From Trichoplax adhaerens (Eukaryota > Animalia > Placozoa), in assembly GCF_000150275.1 (NCBI RefSeq), contig NW_002060962.1:248001-312000 (forward strand): 64,000 bases of DNA. Direction: 5' to 3'. Below, piece by piece: positions 37,943 through 52,104 of this stretch (within the stretch, counting starts at the first letter, position 1; each line of letters begins with the position of its first letter). The position numbers and the translations under genes were made by a program. The notes under the pieces were generated by a model. It made no database searches. It was not told where the DNA came from and saw nothing but the letters and a program-made list of their open reading frames with translations.

Positions 37943-40608
37943 TGACGGTACCAACTCGATTTGATGTAGTCGAGATTTAATCTACTATTGATGAATTTAT
38001 TGTATAAGACTGCAATGATTGCCATTGAATTAAATTAACATTTTTACTCTACTTATTAAAGCTTACTAGAAATTGTAAACTATTACTGAAGTAATGCCTT
38101 TACTTAATGTCAACATAAAAGTCTCTGATATTATTTAAACCTGAAAATAGTTACATATGAGAGAGCAAGGAACTACTAAAAGTTGTATCGTTCGCTAAGC
38201 CAGTAAGAACAATGATATAATTATATTCGTAATTCTTTTGACACAGATCTATTAATACTAAACAGTAGTACTATACAGTGTACAGTAGAGTACAACACTA
38301 TAGCAGGTTAAAGTTTCCTTTAAGACTAAAACTATTACACTGTAGTCAACAAATTCTAAACAAAATAGAAAGATAGATAAATAAATCTCATTCTTGGAGT
38401 CTGTTAGTTCTATTTTAGGGGCCTATCTTGCGAGTTAGTGGATACTGGCCAAGTGCAATCTCAATCAACACGTTTGTACACTATGACTAGAACTGAAATT
38501 GAAGGCCAAAGTTCATATATTGTATATAAATGTCGTAACTTCTACGGTATTAAATTGTTTGTTTTATGCTAAGATTATTGCATAAAAAGACCTACAATGC
38601 TAGGATGGCCGCTGATACTATCTCATTAGGCATTCCAAATTCTGTATGTATGCATATACACTATACAGTGTTATACTGTATAATACATAATAGTTGATGG
38701 AGCGTATAGGTAAAAATTTCTCACAAGAAAACTCTACTTACTACTGTATTAAATGAAGACTTAATGATTACAACTTCATCATCAAGGCTGTAGAACTAAT
38801 CTATCATGGTGCATTATTTCTATGAAAATAGATACAAAATAGACGACTATTTTTGATATATTTACTATAGATAGAATTAACATGGGTGGAATTCCGTGGT
38901 AGCTGATGGAATAATTAGTGGCTTAAACTAATGATTGAGGCCCATACAATGCATAGTATACTTAGCGTATAGTAGCCAGCGTTGTTCACAATTAAATGTT
39001 TAATGTTATAATGACTCTTTACCGAGACTTTTGCATACAAAGATACATATATACTATATTATGCAGTCATCAGCAACTCTTTAATTTAGTTTTTTTCAAA
39101 TAACTGAACAGCAATCGATCGTCTAGCGTTTTTGATATCCATGCTTTGATATGTAGTAGGAATGACTTAATTTGCCATGCAATGCAATTATCCGATAGGA
39201 TGAAATAATACCATTTCTCTCTATTAGATTAAAATGATACTGTTAAAATTTAATTTAAACAATTCAGTGACAGTACTTATAATGATATGGACACACAAAT
39301 TGCTTAACTTATTATACAATGCAATTCTTTGATAATATAAGTTAATACCGTCACTCCTTAACTGATTTAGATTACAATACTTAGTTTCTAATAGTTCAAC
39401 GATAACACCAATAATGATGTGGACAATGAATTATGTTATTACATGGAAGTAGAGGTCAGTATTATATTATAGTCATTGGCTATATAGATGTATTCGGTGG
39501 GATCATTGTAGTACTGCACGATATTGATAACCATTTATCCAGGGTTAGTAATTTTACTGATAACTCTTTGTGGTTACTAACTCAAATTTGATCGTATATG
39601 GTATCCGACATTCTTGTCCATTTTATTATTGTAATATTATACATTGCAAAGACTTAATCCTTCAGAAAAAAAACTAAGATAGTTGATATTAAATAATGAC
39701 ATAATAAGATTAAATACAATGTTTATCATAGTAGAATGATATCGTAAAATACATCCATTTATCACATAACGTTTTATGTTAACAAAATATTCCCTTATCA
39801 AGTTTTTTTGCCATATATATAGTTCAACATACGTGGTATATTGTTATATATGCGAATATATGCATAATATCAGTATACTAACGGTAAATAAATCATTCAA
39901 GTACTCAACATAAGCATTCGATATGTTGTATCTCAATAATTCAATAATATAGTAATATAATATGATATGGTGGTTAAGTCGAGGAGCAATATTAAAAACG
40001 TAGTGAAAAATAACTAACTAGATATAAAGAATGGTTATTAGAAATAAATGATCCCACTAGATTAATATATCACATCTCTCTGTATATATGCAAATATATA
40101 AATATATATTAAATTAATGAATTATAGTGATTAAATATCTGATACACCAACAAATTCAATATTATAATATTGAATGGAACAGAGAACAAAGTTGATGTAG
40201 AGAGCAGCCACTAGTGATGAAACATTTCCACTGTACTGTATGTATGTATATATATGAGTATTTATAATATTCAATTTTAGAAAATAGGCCAATTAAAATT
40301 TTGGATACCAGATGTATAGTAGTACTGTGTATTTCGCATTGCTAAAAGATTAGTAAAAGACCACAATGTAGAATTGTACCATTACCTTAAATTCTGGCAT
40401 TATATTGCTACACTAGGCTATGTTACATCGTTTGGAACGCCATGAAGTGATGAAGTTGTATCGTATAGCATGGGACCAACAATGATCAACTAATTATGCC
40501 ATGCACAATGTTATATTATTTGGTCATGAACTTCTACAGTTAGCGAAATTCAAAGTATTACGCTAATCAGAAATTTAACCAGCAGTTATTAAATTATTTA
40601 GGTATAAA

Positions 40609-43600
40609 TTATACCTCAGTAACTCGCTTTCCCATAGTTTTTTTAGAGTTAAAAAAATATTCAATCTCTTCTAAAGTTTTACCCTTTGTTTCAGGCACAA
40701 AAAAGTAAACGAAAAGTGCTCCTAATAGATTTAATGCACTAAAAACCCAAAAAGCTCCTTGACTACTAATTGCATTACTTAACGGAATGAATACATAACT
40801 AACGCCAAATCCTACAGACCAACCAAAGCAGGTACATAGCCCTCCAGCAGCGCCACGGGCTCTCGATGGTAGTATCTCAGATATCACAAGCAATGGAAGG
40901 CTACCCCAGGCAGAATTAAAAGCCACAAAGTAGACAAAAATACTTATTAGAGCTAACCAATTAAGATTTATATCGTATAAAGATGTCAGTTGGAAGTAGA
41001 GGCCAAATGCAAAACAAGTAATAGACATGGCTGCAGCTGCAAAGGTTAATAGTAAAACTCTACCAAGGCGATCGACAAAGAAGCTCACGGCGATACTAGT
41101 TACCAATTGTGATAAACTGGCTATAAGATTAACCTATCAAAAGGGGAAAAGATTTATAAATATAGTGTTTCAATTATAACGTTCACTAAATATCTCTACT
41201 TCGTAAAGTTTAGCTAATGAGCCTATCAGTCTGATATGTGATAAAAGGCTGTACCTAGAAGTGGAAAATACGTACTAATTTATAATTTAGCTTTATTTTT
41301 ATATGTTTGCAAACATATCCTGAATTATATAATATTTTTTAGAATGTTCACCTTTCGATGAGAAGGTCATAACATTAGTTTGCTGCGTTAATATTGCACT
41401 GATTAACGCAAGACAGATATAGGTTAAGGTATACGTTTAGTAGGGGAATATAAAATATGGATTTGATATAATTAAAATATACAGATGTTGTGAAACCTAT
41501 ATGATTGCGCTATTCTACGTATACTTGAATTTTATTAAAAATTTCGCTTGACTGTTTCTAATATCCAGTTCTATAATTTTTTTAATAGGTATTGTTAACA
41601 TACGCGTATTTACCATATTGCTATTGTCGAAGCCAGCTTGGTTAAAGATGTAAATACAAAAAGGTAAAACTGCATTGATCCCACAAAGTTGTTGAAATGA
41701 TATTAAGCCTATACTAAGAAGAAACGGTTTCTTTAAACCTGTAGAAAATAATTCCAAATAGCTAAATGGTTCAATATTATCCAAGTGATCTTGGATTTCT
41801 GATAATTCGTAGTTAATAGGGACATCTGTTCCTCGCAAACGCCTTGAAACATGAAATACAGTAATTGTCATTATTATCTTTTATAGATACAAGCACGATA
41901 GCTGATACGATCTACAATTTAGTTATAGGTGTAGTTATTAAAGCGAAGATTGGCTTTGTAAATGTAGCTATTGAAAATTTCTGAAGAAAAATTATTAGTT
42001 TAATACAAGAATGTAAATAGCCTGGCCGTTAAATTATACAAGAATAATAGTACTTCTTAAGAAATAGCATATAAATTCGCTTACTGCAAAGAGTCAAGAC
42101 CAGATCGCTTATAACCTTGCGATAGCAGCCATCGAGGTGTCTCCGGCATAAACATCATACAAATTCCTAATAAGGTAGCAATTATCTGGCCTACCAAAGC
42201 CAAGTAATTCCAGTTTATACCTAAAGCTAATCCAGCACCGAGTACATATCCAATGGTGACTCCAATTTGAAAAAAGGAACCAAAAAATCCCCGTACTTGG
42301 GCAGTAGAAATTTCAGCGATATAAACCTAGGCATAATGTATGCCAATAAAGGTTTGAATTTACATTAATTATCATTAACTACAAAGTTGGAAAGATTGCT
42401 ATATTAAGAATTTTGTATCACATAATTATTTAATAATCTGTACGAAAATATACCGGATATGCCATTGTGGCCATACCAACAGAAAGACCGGTTAAAACCC
42501 GACCGATGTAAAGACTTTGTATCGATTGAGCGTACATAATACACAACCAACCAACAGAAGATGGCACAGATATCAGAATAATGGCAGATTGCCTGCCATA
42601 ATTTTCCATGATATGACCACTAATTAAACCGCCAGCCAATGCGCCGATTAGTGCTAGAGACTTGGAATTGTGATAGGAGAAAGTACTATTAGAAGAGTAA
42701 ATCTGATTATGATGATATTATGTCTTTACAAGATGAAAATATAATTAAGATCAAGATCATCTAAGGCTTATGAAACAAACTCGATTGGACTTTGATAACA
42801 TCCTTATAATTTTCACTTATTAAACAATATGGCTAAACTTCATAGAGTATATACATAGTTCTGTAAGGCCTTTTAAGACATGAGTGTTTTATCCTTAGAG
42901 TTATGTCTTCCTTTCTGACGATGTTAAACGGTAATAAGGATCAACGCTTGCAATTTTAGGCTTGTCATATTAGACAAATGTAACTACTGTAAAATCAAAT
43001 TTAATTTATTACTATGTGAGTACGTTCGGTAATTCTATTTGATGGTTCTGTCCTCTTTACATGATTGGGATAAGCAACATCACTGATCCAGTTATCAGAG
43101 ATGGTAGTAAGAATCTTAAGATGCTCATATACAGTAATATACTAAGCTATGAATCAAGTGTCTAACTTAGACTAACTTAGATAGTATTAGCGCTATAGAA
43201 GACAAATACAGCTTTTATTTCTTTCATAGCACACTATATAATTATATGACAGTAGTCGTACATCCATTTTAAGTTAATGTAGCTTTCTAAAGCCAATAAT
43301 GGTTATCATGTGCCGTATCTAAAGCGAAATAAAGTAACAATAGTTTTCTTGTTACTGATGATCTAATAAGATTACAAGGGTATTCAATTGCATAGAAGTA
43401 GTAATTTAGAACGTAGACTATATCTTCTAATTTTAAGTTTTATTTGATGCTATTAAAATAAATTCTTGCAATATTACAATTACTGAATAGCTTTGTTTTG
43501 TATTTCTGTATCACCACATGACTTCTAGTGAAAAATTAAAAACTCATGAGAGAAGCTATACAATTGCATGGTCGATTGCAAAATATGGACATGGCAGGGG

Positions 43601-45236
43601 GTAGTGGATGAAAAATAACGCTGGTACATACAGTTATATATTGTAAAACAACGATGGAAGAAGCAGGTAAATCATATAAGACGAAGCATTACGCTAATTA
43701 AACTGCGAAAATAGCAATTGTTATAAAATTAACGGTACTGCATTAAAATTCTGATTTCGTGACAGCTAATATTGTTGAGTAAATTTATCCCTTTTTATGT
43801 TAATACTAATGTCGGGTTAGAGACTTTGTTTCTCTCTTCAAACTTATGAATGAACGAGTTTGACGACGATATGCTTATCAAGTAACATACTATTGACGAT
43901 AGCAAAGGAATAGTTCTAAACTAAATTAGCTTTGAAAGAGCAGTAAATGCCTATAAACATGAAAATTTGTCTTGACACTTAAGTATCAGGATGGAATATC
44001 TTTTCTCGAATATTAAATCATGGTTAGCAACAATACATCTGTATGAATCTATTATTAAAAATGTTCTGAACTAAGCCATAATTAACGCAAAAGTGTATGT
44101 TTGACAAATTGAGCCTAAGAGAACGATTGAAAAAAATAACGGTAATTCTGCTCTATTCACTATAGTGAAGAAAACTCTCAGATGATACGTTGGTGAATAT
44201 TCCTTGCTGTATTTGCAAACTTTTTACAACTAATTGGTGCTTATACAATCGAATCCGATCGGGCGGTCTTACTATAGCGATAGTAATTATTGAATTATTG
44301 TTTTTACTGTGGTGTACTCGCCAAAATAAGTTTCTTTTACTGTTTTATCTTTTTGGAGCACTATGTTACAACAAGAATATGTCAGGATAGATACACGATA
44401 AAACCATTAATTGTCGGGAAAAAGCCCCAAAATACTCAGTAAATAAATTCTAAAATTTGCTTGAAAGCCATTTAAGGAGTTATATTGCTGTAAATTGTCT
44501 TAGATATAACGCTGTCTACATGAATGGATTGTGTTAATAAACTGAAAGTTTAAGAGAAGAAGCGAAGCTATAACACTTATGTAATCTGAAAATCTCATTG
44601 GCATATAGCAATTCTTACTACAGTGATAACTTTAACACTTTATGTATAGGCGACTTTTAAAATCTTGAGTAGAACAGTTTCCGATATAATAGAAAGGTGG
44701 ACAGAGATACGAAATTGTTAGTGGACAGAAAAGTAGATATACTTTAAGTAAATATATACCATAGCATAATATTTCTGTAAATGAAGGAAAACGTTTACTA
44801 AAAAATTCTTATCTGGTACGGCATTAGATTAATGATAGACTTTCTAATTCAATTTTTTTAGAATGGGAGTATTTTAAAGGCTTGCCAACATTTTGTGCTT
44901 CAATATTCCCTATAATATAAAAAGTTTCCTTACCCCGAACCATGCTGATGAATCTTCATCCAAGCGCAAAATGCCCGCTGATGGGAGCATCAGTTGAGGT
45001 ATAGCTGGAGCAGCATATTCCAAGACAAATCCAAAATTGATTACGCTTAAACCCCCTATGACAGCAGATATAAACATCAATTTATGCGATACTATGCCAG
45101 ATTTTGGCTTTTTGTCTTCGTCTATTCCGATGGTAGTGACATGTTTGGATGCTGTTTTATTGTAATAAATCGTTTTACTTTTTTTCTTTTTAACGTTCTT
45201 CTCTTCGATACTAGAATTATCGTTAATTCGAGTCAT
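40609..45236 (-). CDS. Class III GLUT / Tret1-like sugar porter, copy E (~501 aa). Exons 44934-45236, 42454-42660, 42085-42326, 41614-41842, 40609-41133
   Basis: PETPRWL, QQLCGIN, VDRLGR, WGSLPLLVISE and PETKGKTLEEIE motifs; conserved exon sizes; in frame. Confidence 0.92.
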
Positions 45237-47738
45237 CGTTGCCAGGCATTTAAATTAAATCTCTAATTTTATGTGTGCGATTTTCTACAAAGGGATCGGA
45301 CGAATCCAATGTCTTAGACGATGCTATTATAGACGTAGATTTAGATACTGCTTGACAACTATTTTATCCAATTTTCTTGAGGTTGTTATTTCTCTTCTTA
45401 ATACTATAATTTCATAGCCAATCAGATAAAGATGGATCTTTCACTACTTATTTTGGCTTTAGACTGAAAGGACTATTACATTCATTCGTTTATAATATAA
45501 GAACAAAGCTGTATAGTGTGAATTAAATTACTAGAATAGCAAGTACAATGATGCAATATTCAATCTGAGAAAAGACATTGATGTTCAAGTTGGGTCAAGA
45601 TTTTAAATAGAATAGGTTACAATTTACTATGTTAACTTGTATATAGTCTTATACATTAAAGCAATTTAATAATATTAGCTTTATATGGAGTACTTAAAGC
45701 TTGCTTGTATTTATTGTTAGGATTATTAAAGAATATAGCGTAGGTCTTTATGGCAGTAATATGCAATCATTGTCTGGCATACTGTTATGAATTGTATTAG
45801 CATAAATTATACTATAAATTAATTAGATGGATAACAATTCAATTGAAGTAGTGTAGCAAGCACAAGTTATGAAATTATAACTGGTATAGCAACGGCTATA
45901 GTAAATCACATACAGTAGCTACAGGATAGCATGCAGTAATATGTTCGTTAATCATATTCTTGTGTATCTGATGTGAACAGTATAGATCAATATTGTTAGA
46001 TTGAAATTACATAAGCATGATGATGATATTCCTGGGATTATATTATTGCCATTACTAATGTTTTATGGAAGTTACAAATCAGCCCATGATACATGATTTG
46101 CATAAAATGATGATAAGCTAGCGCTTAATATTTATTTACAAACGTCTTTGAGAATTTACTACTATACGAAAGGCTATACAATAAGTCATTTTAAAATGGC
46201 TTCTAGCCTAAAAAGAGATCTACACATGAGTAGCTTTTATGGTATAGAAATTTACAGCAATAAATCGTGCTACTGAGCTATATTTCTTTCCTTTGCAGGG
46301 TTAATCGTTTATATGAAGTTTAACTATTAATTTATGTTAATGTATGAGGTTACTTGGCTACTAATATTATGGTAATATGAGTTGTAGGCACTTTTACGTG
46401 ATGCAATTGTTAGTATTACTTGACGCTTTACGCTGTTTTATGGTCTTTAGAATTTCTGGCAGATACTATTAAAAAGTTACTGCCAATGTTTAGTATCTCA
46501 TATACTTAGTACAATAAAAAAATGTATGGAAGGTCCTAGGCCGTGATTGCGATACAATCTGAAGTTACGATAAGTTTTCTACGATATTATACTAGTTGCT
46601 TTGCTTTATCGACTAAGAATTATTGCTAAATATAGTCGAAATTTTCTTTGTAATAGGTACCAGGTTTATAAAAAGTTTAAATAGAATGAGATGAAGTTCT
46701 AGCTAATATTTGCTAACATTTATATTAATTAATTGAATGATAATATAGAATTAAGATGTGTATTCTTAAAATTTTCATAGCTTAATAAGGTATACATTTT
46801 TACCAGCTTATAAAAAACCTGGCAGCTTGAAAGGCATTAACTTTAATATTCTTCATTTGATATTTGCGTAAGTAATTCTATGAAGTATTAATATATCAAT
46901 TACAGTACATTTATCAATACTGACATGTTATCTGTAGTCTAGCTGTTAATCCTGTCAGTTGTTTACCGAAAGTGACAATCTTCGAGGCGTAGAATAATGT
47001 GTATGACGTTGTGCTATATGTCTGTGTGTTTGGTAACGATTCTGAAAGTAGATCGGAATCATTTAAATTTGTTCCAGTATGTAAAAGTTTGATTTAAAAT
47101 CATTGCTTATGGAAGTGCTATACAGAAATGTAAGGAGCTCTCATATGACTAGAAGCATTGGAAGTTGAAATTTTATCAGATGACGAAATTTCAAATATTA
47201 GACATTACTGATGAAATAACTGTTGACAGAGGACATGAATACCCTTTCAAGATAAATTTTATTTATGAAAGAAAATAAAGTGTACAGTACAGTATACATA
47301 TATAAGTGAGCTGAGCACAGCTCCACAAATCTACCATTGCTTAATATAGAAAACAATATAACAAGATTCGTTCAGCCTATGAATAAAATTATTGAAGTCT
47401 GTAGCAGATTGGCGTTTAGATTATTAAGTGGTAAAAATGTCTTTATTTTGTATACATTTGTAGATGAATTCCACAGTGTCCATATTATTCTTGATTACAT
47501 TACTGAGAGGAATTACTATTGTGGTAAACAACATCAACTATTGAAATTGTGGTGACTATGATGATATTATCGATTAAAATTGCGCCTTATTCCTAATTGA
47601 TGATTATATGCTGTTCTGTATAACGGAGAGATACGAAGCTTTCATCAAAGTGGATTCAATTTAGAAAAATTTAAACTTTTTACGTTTTATGCTCATTGAT
47701 AGTGAAATTAATCAAGGCATTTAACAAATGGCTAGTGG

Positions 47739-50115
47739 TTAGGATTCCTCCGTATTCATTTTCCTGTCAACGAACAATCGTTCTATTTCTTCAAGAGTTT
47801 TCCCTTTAGTTTCCGGTACACAAAAGAATACAAAAATTGCCGCTAATAGATTCCACGCAGCAAAAAACCAAAAAGTGCCATAATCTTTCATGGATTTTCT
47901 CATGTAAATAAAAGAATAGGTGATCGTAAAAGCAGCAGTCCAATTGATGAGCGTAGCTATACCACTAGCTATTCCTCGAGCGCGAGCAGGAAAGAGTTCT
48001 GACATCATTAACCAAGGAATAGCACCCCATCCCATGGAGAAAGCAACAAGGTACACGAAAAGACTAAGCATTGCTAGCCAATTTAAATTCGTTGTTGTCT
48101 TGGGTTGAATATAGTAATAGACACCAAATGTAGTACAAGAAATTGCCATAATCACAGCGGGCGTGATAAGTAAGACTCTTCTTCCAAGACGATCAACCAA
48201 CATGACGCTTATTAGTGTAGCTCCAACTTGTACTGAAGTAGCTATTAAATTGACCTGATAACGTAAGAAAAGATTTGTAGTGAATATAGTATATTGAATA
48301 ATAGTAGAATCAATGGTACAACAACATACCAGCTTGGGGTCTCCAAAGCCAGCTTCTTTAAAGATATATGTGCAAAAGAAGAGCACAGCATTTATTCCAC
48401 TGAATTGTTGAAATATCATTAAACCAATTGAAATTAATAAGGGTTTAAATAGGACTGGATTTTTAAATTCGGAGAAATGCATTTTTTGTCCGTTATCTAA
48501 GTTATTTTCTATGTCGTATAGTTCTGTATTAATATCCGCATGTGATCCGCGTAACCATCTATCAAAATACCCATAAGTGTATCAGTTATAGAAGCATTGC
48601 TTTCAATAATCAATTGAAGCGATTAGATATATTACGCTATCGTACTTTAACTGTTTTATAGCCATAGGGCGTTTTCCTTTAGCGAGAAGGTATCGTGGGG
48701 TCTCAGGCATGAACATTATTCCTAAAGCCATCAAAATTGGAAGAACCATACCAACGAGTGCTAAATAATTCCAGTTAATTCCAAGAGCCAGTACAGCTCC
48801 CAAAAGAAATCCTATAGTGACGGATAATTGATTCATCGAGCCAAGCATACCACGACTTTCAGCAGTTGAAATCTCTGCTATGTATATCTATTATGGAGAT
48901 AAAATATTATATTTATAGTACCAGTAACTCTTTATTATTTCATTTATAAAACTAATATTTAGACTGTTAATCCTACAAGGCTACATATACATATACAGTA
49001 TAGTTTGTAGTAAGATTATGTAAAAGTAATAGTATAGTAAATAAACTGCCATCATCGAGTTACCGGGACTACCAGCGATGCCATACCAACACCTAACCCA
49101 CATATTAAGCGTCCAATCAGTAGTGATACAACAGCTTCTGCGTATATGATTAAAAGCCAACCAGCGACAAAAGGCAATGAAATGACGATTAATGTAGACT
49201 GTCTACCAATAAAATCGATTAAAAAACCAGCCACGGGAGCGCCGATCAGTCCTCCAATTGCAATTAAAGACTGTTAGGAAAGTTAGATAAATGGAATAAC
49301 CATTACAATCGGTCATAGCTTAATCATAAGAATCAGTCATAAGATCATGGCATGACGAGGAGTCTATGACTTTGCTATTTATATGTGTCTATTTAGACGA
49401 AGAGTTTGTGACTAGCGGTAGGTATCTTGGTATGCAGATATTTTACTTTACAAGTCCATACTTACGTCTAGTAAAAAGCAATTACACTGTAATAACATAT
49501 GTTTAAGGCAACTCGCTTGCTACAACTACAACGTATTACAGTATTCATTGATTCAAGCTAGGAGGAATTAACTTTAGACTTGGAACGAGTAATATTGAGT
49601 GACGAATCATTTTAGTTGATGATTATTGAAACTCCTGGACGGTTACTTATAGTAATAGGGGGGGGGGGGGTTATCTGGTAATAAAATATAGTAAATCAGT
49701 ATTTTTTTGTGTAACTAACTACACTAATGAAGTTCTATCCAGTTCGCATTTACTGTATCCTCATTCAATTAAGTTTATTCGGCTACTAGGAAATTTCATG
49801 TTGGATAATCGTTCAATCAATCCGTTTATAACTTACAGTAAACCAGGCAGATTGTGATCGGTTGAGTTGTAACTTTCCTGCCGAAGGTTCTTGCAGTTCC
49901 GGTAACGAAGGCGAAGCATACTCCAATGAGTATCCAAAGCTAACTGCACCTAGACAAGCTATTAATGCTGCCATATAAACTGAAAAGGATGTACCCATAC
50001 TCTTAGTATGATTGTTCCCATTGGTGATACTTTTTATATTATCGGCAGAATTGAGTTCTTCTGCGGATTGAGAAATCAACTTGTGATTGCTACTATCTTG
50101 TAAGTGAGATTCCAT
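47739..50115 (-). CDS. Class III GLUT (SLC2A8/GLUT8-like) sugar porter, copy F (~490 aa), most canonical copy. Exons 49837-50115, 49064-49270, 48646-48887, 48330-48558, 47739-48254
   Basis: RGMLGSMNQL, PETPRYL, FQQFSGINAV, VDRLGRR, GWGAIPWLMMSELFP, NW and PETKGKTLEEIE are all consensus GLUT8-class motifs. Confidence 0.94.
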
Positions 50116-50579
50116 TATAATTGATTACAACGCGTATAATAAAAAGGACGCTAATTTGGCTGAAGGTATGGAAAATAGAGAGCAATTTAAAGTTGGCCGC
50201 TAATCAACATCATCAGGCACCGTTTTCTGCCGACTGTACAGTATATTAAGTAATTTTTTAAAATCAATCAATAATCTATCTTGATTCTCGTATCTGGTAC
50301 TAATAGGATCGAATTTGGTAATATAGTACAGGAACTTTTGACGACCAACACAGTTTAGTTCTAATGACTGTACTGATGATAAATGTTACTGAAAAACAAG
50401 AATAATTTTGCTATAGTAATCGTTACAGTTTTTGAGCCTAATCGACCGGATTGCGTCGTTATAACATAAGCATAAACACAGCATGTTGTACACTACATTA
50501 CTATGCAGTCGAGCTCAGTCTAAGCCTACTGTATTCCTTTTCCACAGTGATGGGAGTCATGTGACTGGAAATCCTTGAT

Positions 50580-50935
50580 GAGTACAACTCAGTACAGTAC
50601 AGTAGTCGATGACAATACAGTGTACAGTGTACAGTACTGTACGAGTACTGTACAGTATGTACTGTACAAGTTTTTCTACCGCGTTACCAGCGGTCTCCTT
50701 TAATGTACTGTACAGTATAGTACAGTACTGTACAATAAAAGGAGACTGGAGACAGTACGGGAGTGAGTACGTTACTGTATGCAGAAATTCTTTTTTCACA
50801 ACTGTACAGATTCTGCGCTGTAAAGTTGTCCCTTTTGGGCCACAGTACAGTACTGTATACAGTACAGTATGTCATACAGTACTGTACAGTACTGTACTGT
50901 ACTGTATAACTCCTCTCAGGCTCTCACGTACAGTA
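50580..50935. repeat. ACAGT/ACTGT pentamer-rich low-complexity tract in the divergent intergenic region between transporter F and LIN37
   Basis: Dense interleaved tacagt/actgta units. Confidence 0.85.
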
Positions 50936-51492
50936 TAAGAAAAAGAGGTAGTGGACTCGGTGGAGAGTACAGTACTGTACTCTACTTTTCTTGTACTGTA
51001 GTAGTCCCCAGAGGAAGATCACACCTGAGGTCTGTCTGTATACTGTAAAATGTGCGTAAGAAAAAGAGACAGTGGACTCGGTGGAGAGTACAGTACTCTA
51101 CTTTTCTTGTAGTAGTCCCCAGAGGAAGATCATACCTGAGGTCTGTCTGTAGGTCCCTACTGTACTGTACTGTACAGTGTACAGTACTGTAAAATGTGCG
51201 GGTACAGTACAGTATACTGTAGCTCTGTACTGTACAGTACTCTACTTTTCTTGTTGCAGTCCCCAGAGGAAGATCACACCTGAGGTCTGTCTGTACAGTA
51301 CTGTAAAATGTGCGGGTACAGTACAGTATACTGTAGCTCTGTACAGTATAAAAAGAAAGAAAAAGAGACAGTGGACTCGGTGGAGAGTACTCTACTTTTC
51401 TTGTAGTACTGTAGTCCCCAGACGAAGATCATACCTGAGGTCTGTCTGTAGGTCCCTACTGTACTGTAAAATGTGCGGGTATAGCTCTGTAG
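50936..51492. repeat. Minisatellite, ~120-170 bp variable unit, about 4 copies, interrupted by ACAGT expansions
   Basis: 'gtccccaga(g/c)gaagatca(c/t)acctgaggtctgtctgta...ctgtaaaatgtgcg' near 51004, 51115, 51259 and 51414. 'gtggactcggtggagagtac' occurs three times. Confidence 0.88.
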
Positions 51493-52104
51493 TAGTGGTT
51501 CATCAAATGCAGTACAACTAGCTGTGACTAGGACTACATCGCCGCGGTTCCTAATCGTTACAAATCATCCAATTTTTTTAGCATAATCCTATGACTGCAC
51601 TTTTATTTCAATCTTTCATTTGAATCGTCCTGGTGTTGAATCATCTTTAACATTGTGGTGTAATACCATCCTCTTTTGGCGATTGTATCACTCGACGATA
51701 CAGCAAACCTACTGTGTCATCGCCTTTAGTCGTAGCTGGTTGATTGGATACGATAAACGCGCACATATAGGACAGTACAATAGGAGTAAAGCCATTTTCT
51801 GTAGACTTTGTCTGCAGTTTAATAACTTGCTCATCAGAAAGACGTTACCGACATTGTGGTACCTTTATTTGGATCAAAAAGTTGTAGAATGTTCACTTGG
51901 ATAGTATAGCGTTGAAATCGGGCCGCGACAAAACAACGGATGGTAGCGATTAGTTGCACCTTTTACAATACAGCAATCCTTTCTTTAGCCAGTCAGCTGT
52001 GGATACAATTATTACAGTAGTAATTATTGTAAATTATTCAAGCAATCCAGTACAACAACTCTCAACAGATTACATCAACGCTCTACGGTAAATCGATTTA
52101 GAAT

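Noticed and set aside
48255-48329. 75-nt stop-free in-frame segment making a 247-aa ORF in transporter F
   Set aside because: It has GT...AG ends at the same position as intron 4 of all five paralogs, so it is an ordinary short intron. Retention cannot be shown from sequence alone.
49657-49670. G14 homopolymer in intron 1 of transporter F
   Set aside because: Simple mononucleotide run with no supporting functional evidence.
50936-51492. Repeat-spacer-like appearance suggesting a CRISPR array
   Set aside because: The units are long, the intervening sequence is ACAGT expansion rather than unique spacers, there are no cas genes, and the context is eukaryotic.
50557-51521. ORFs rich in Y/C/T/V/S/Q (50557-50799, 50609-50938, 50684-50875, 51177-51521; likewise 21088-21332, 24827-25009, 32706-32897)
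   Set aside because: These are translations of ACAGT pentamer tracts and minisatellites, not proteins.
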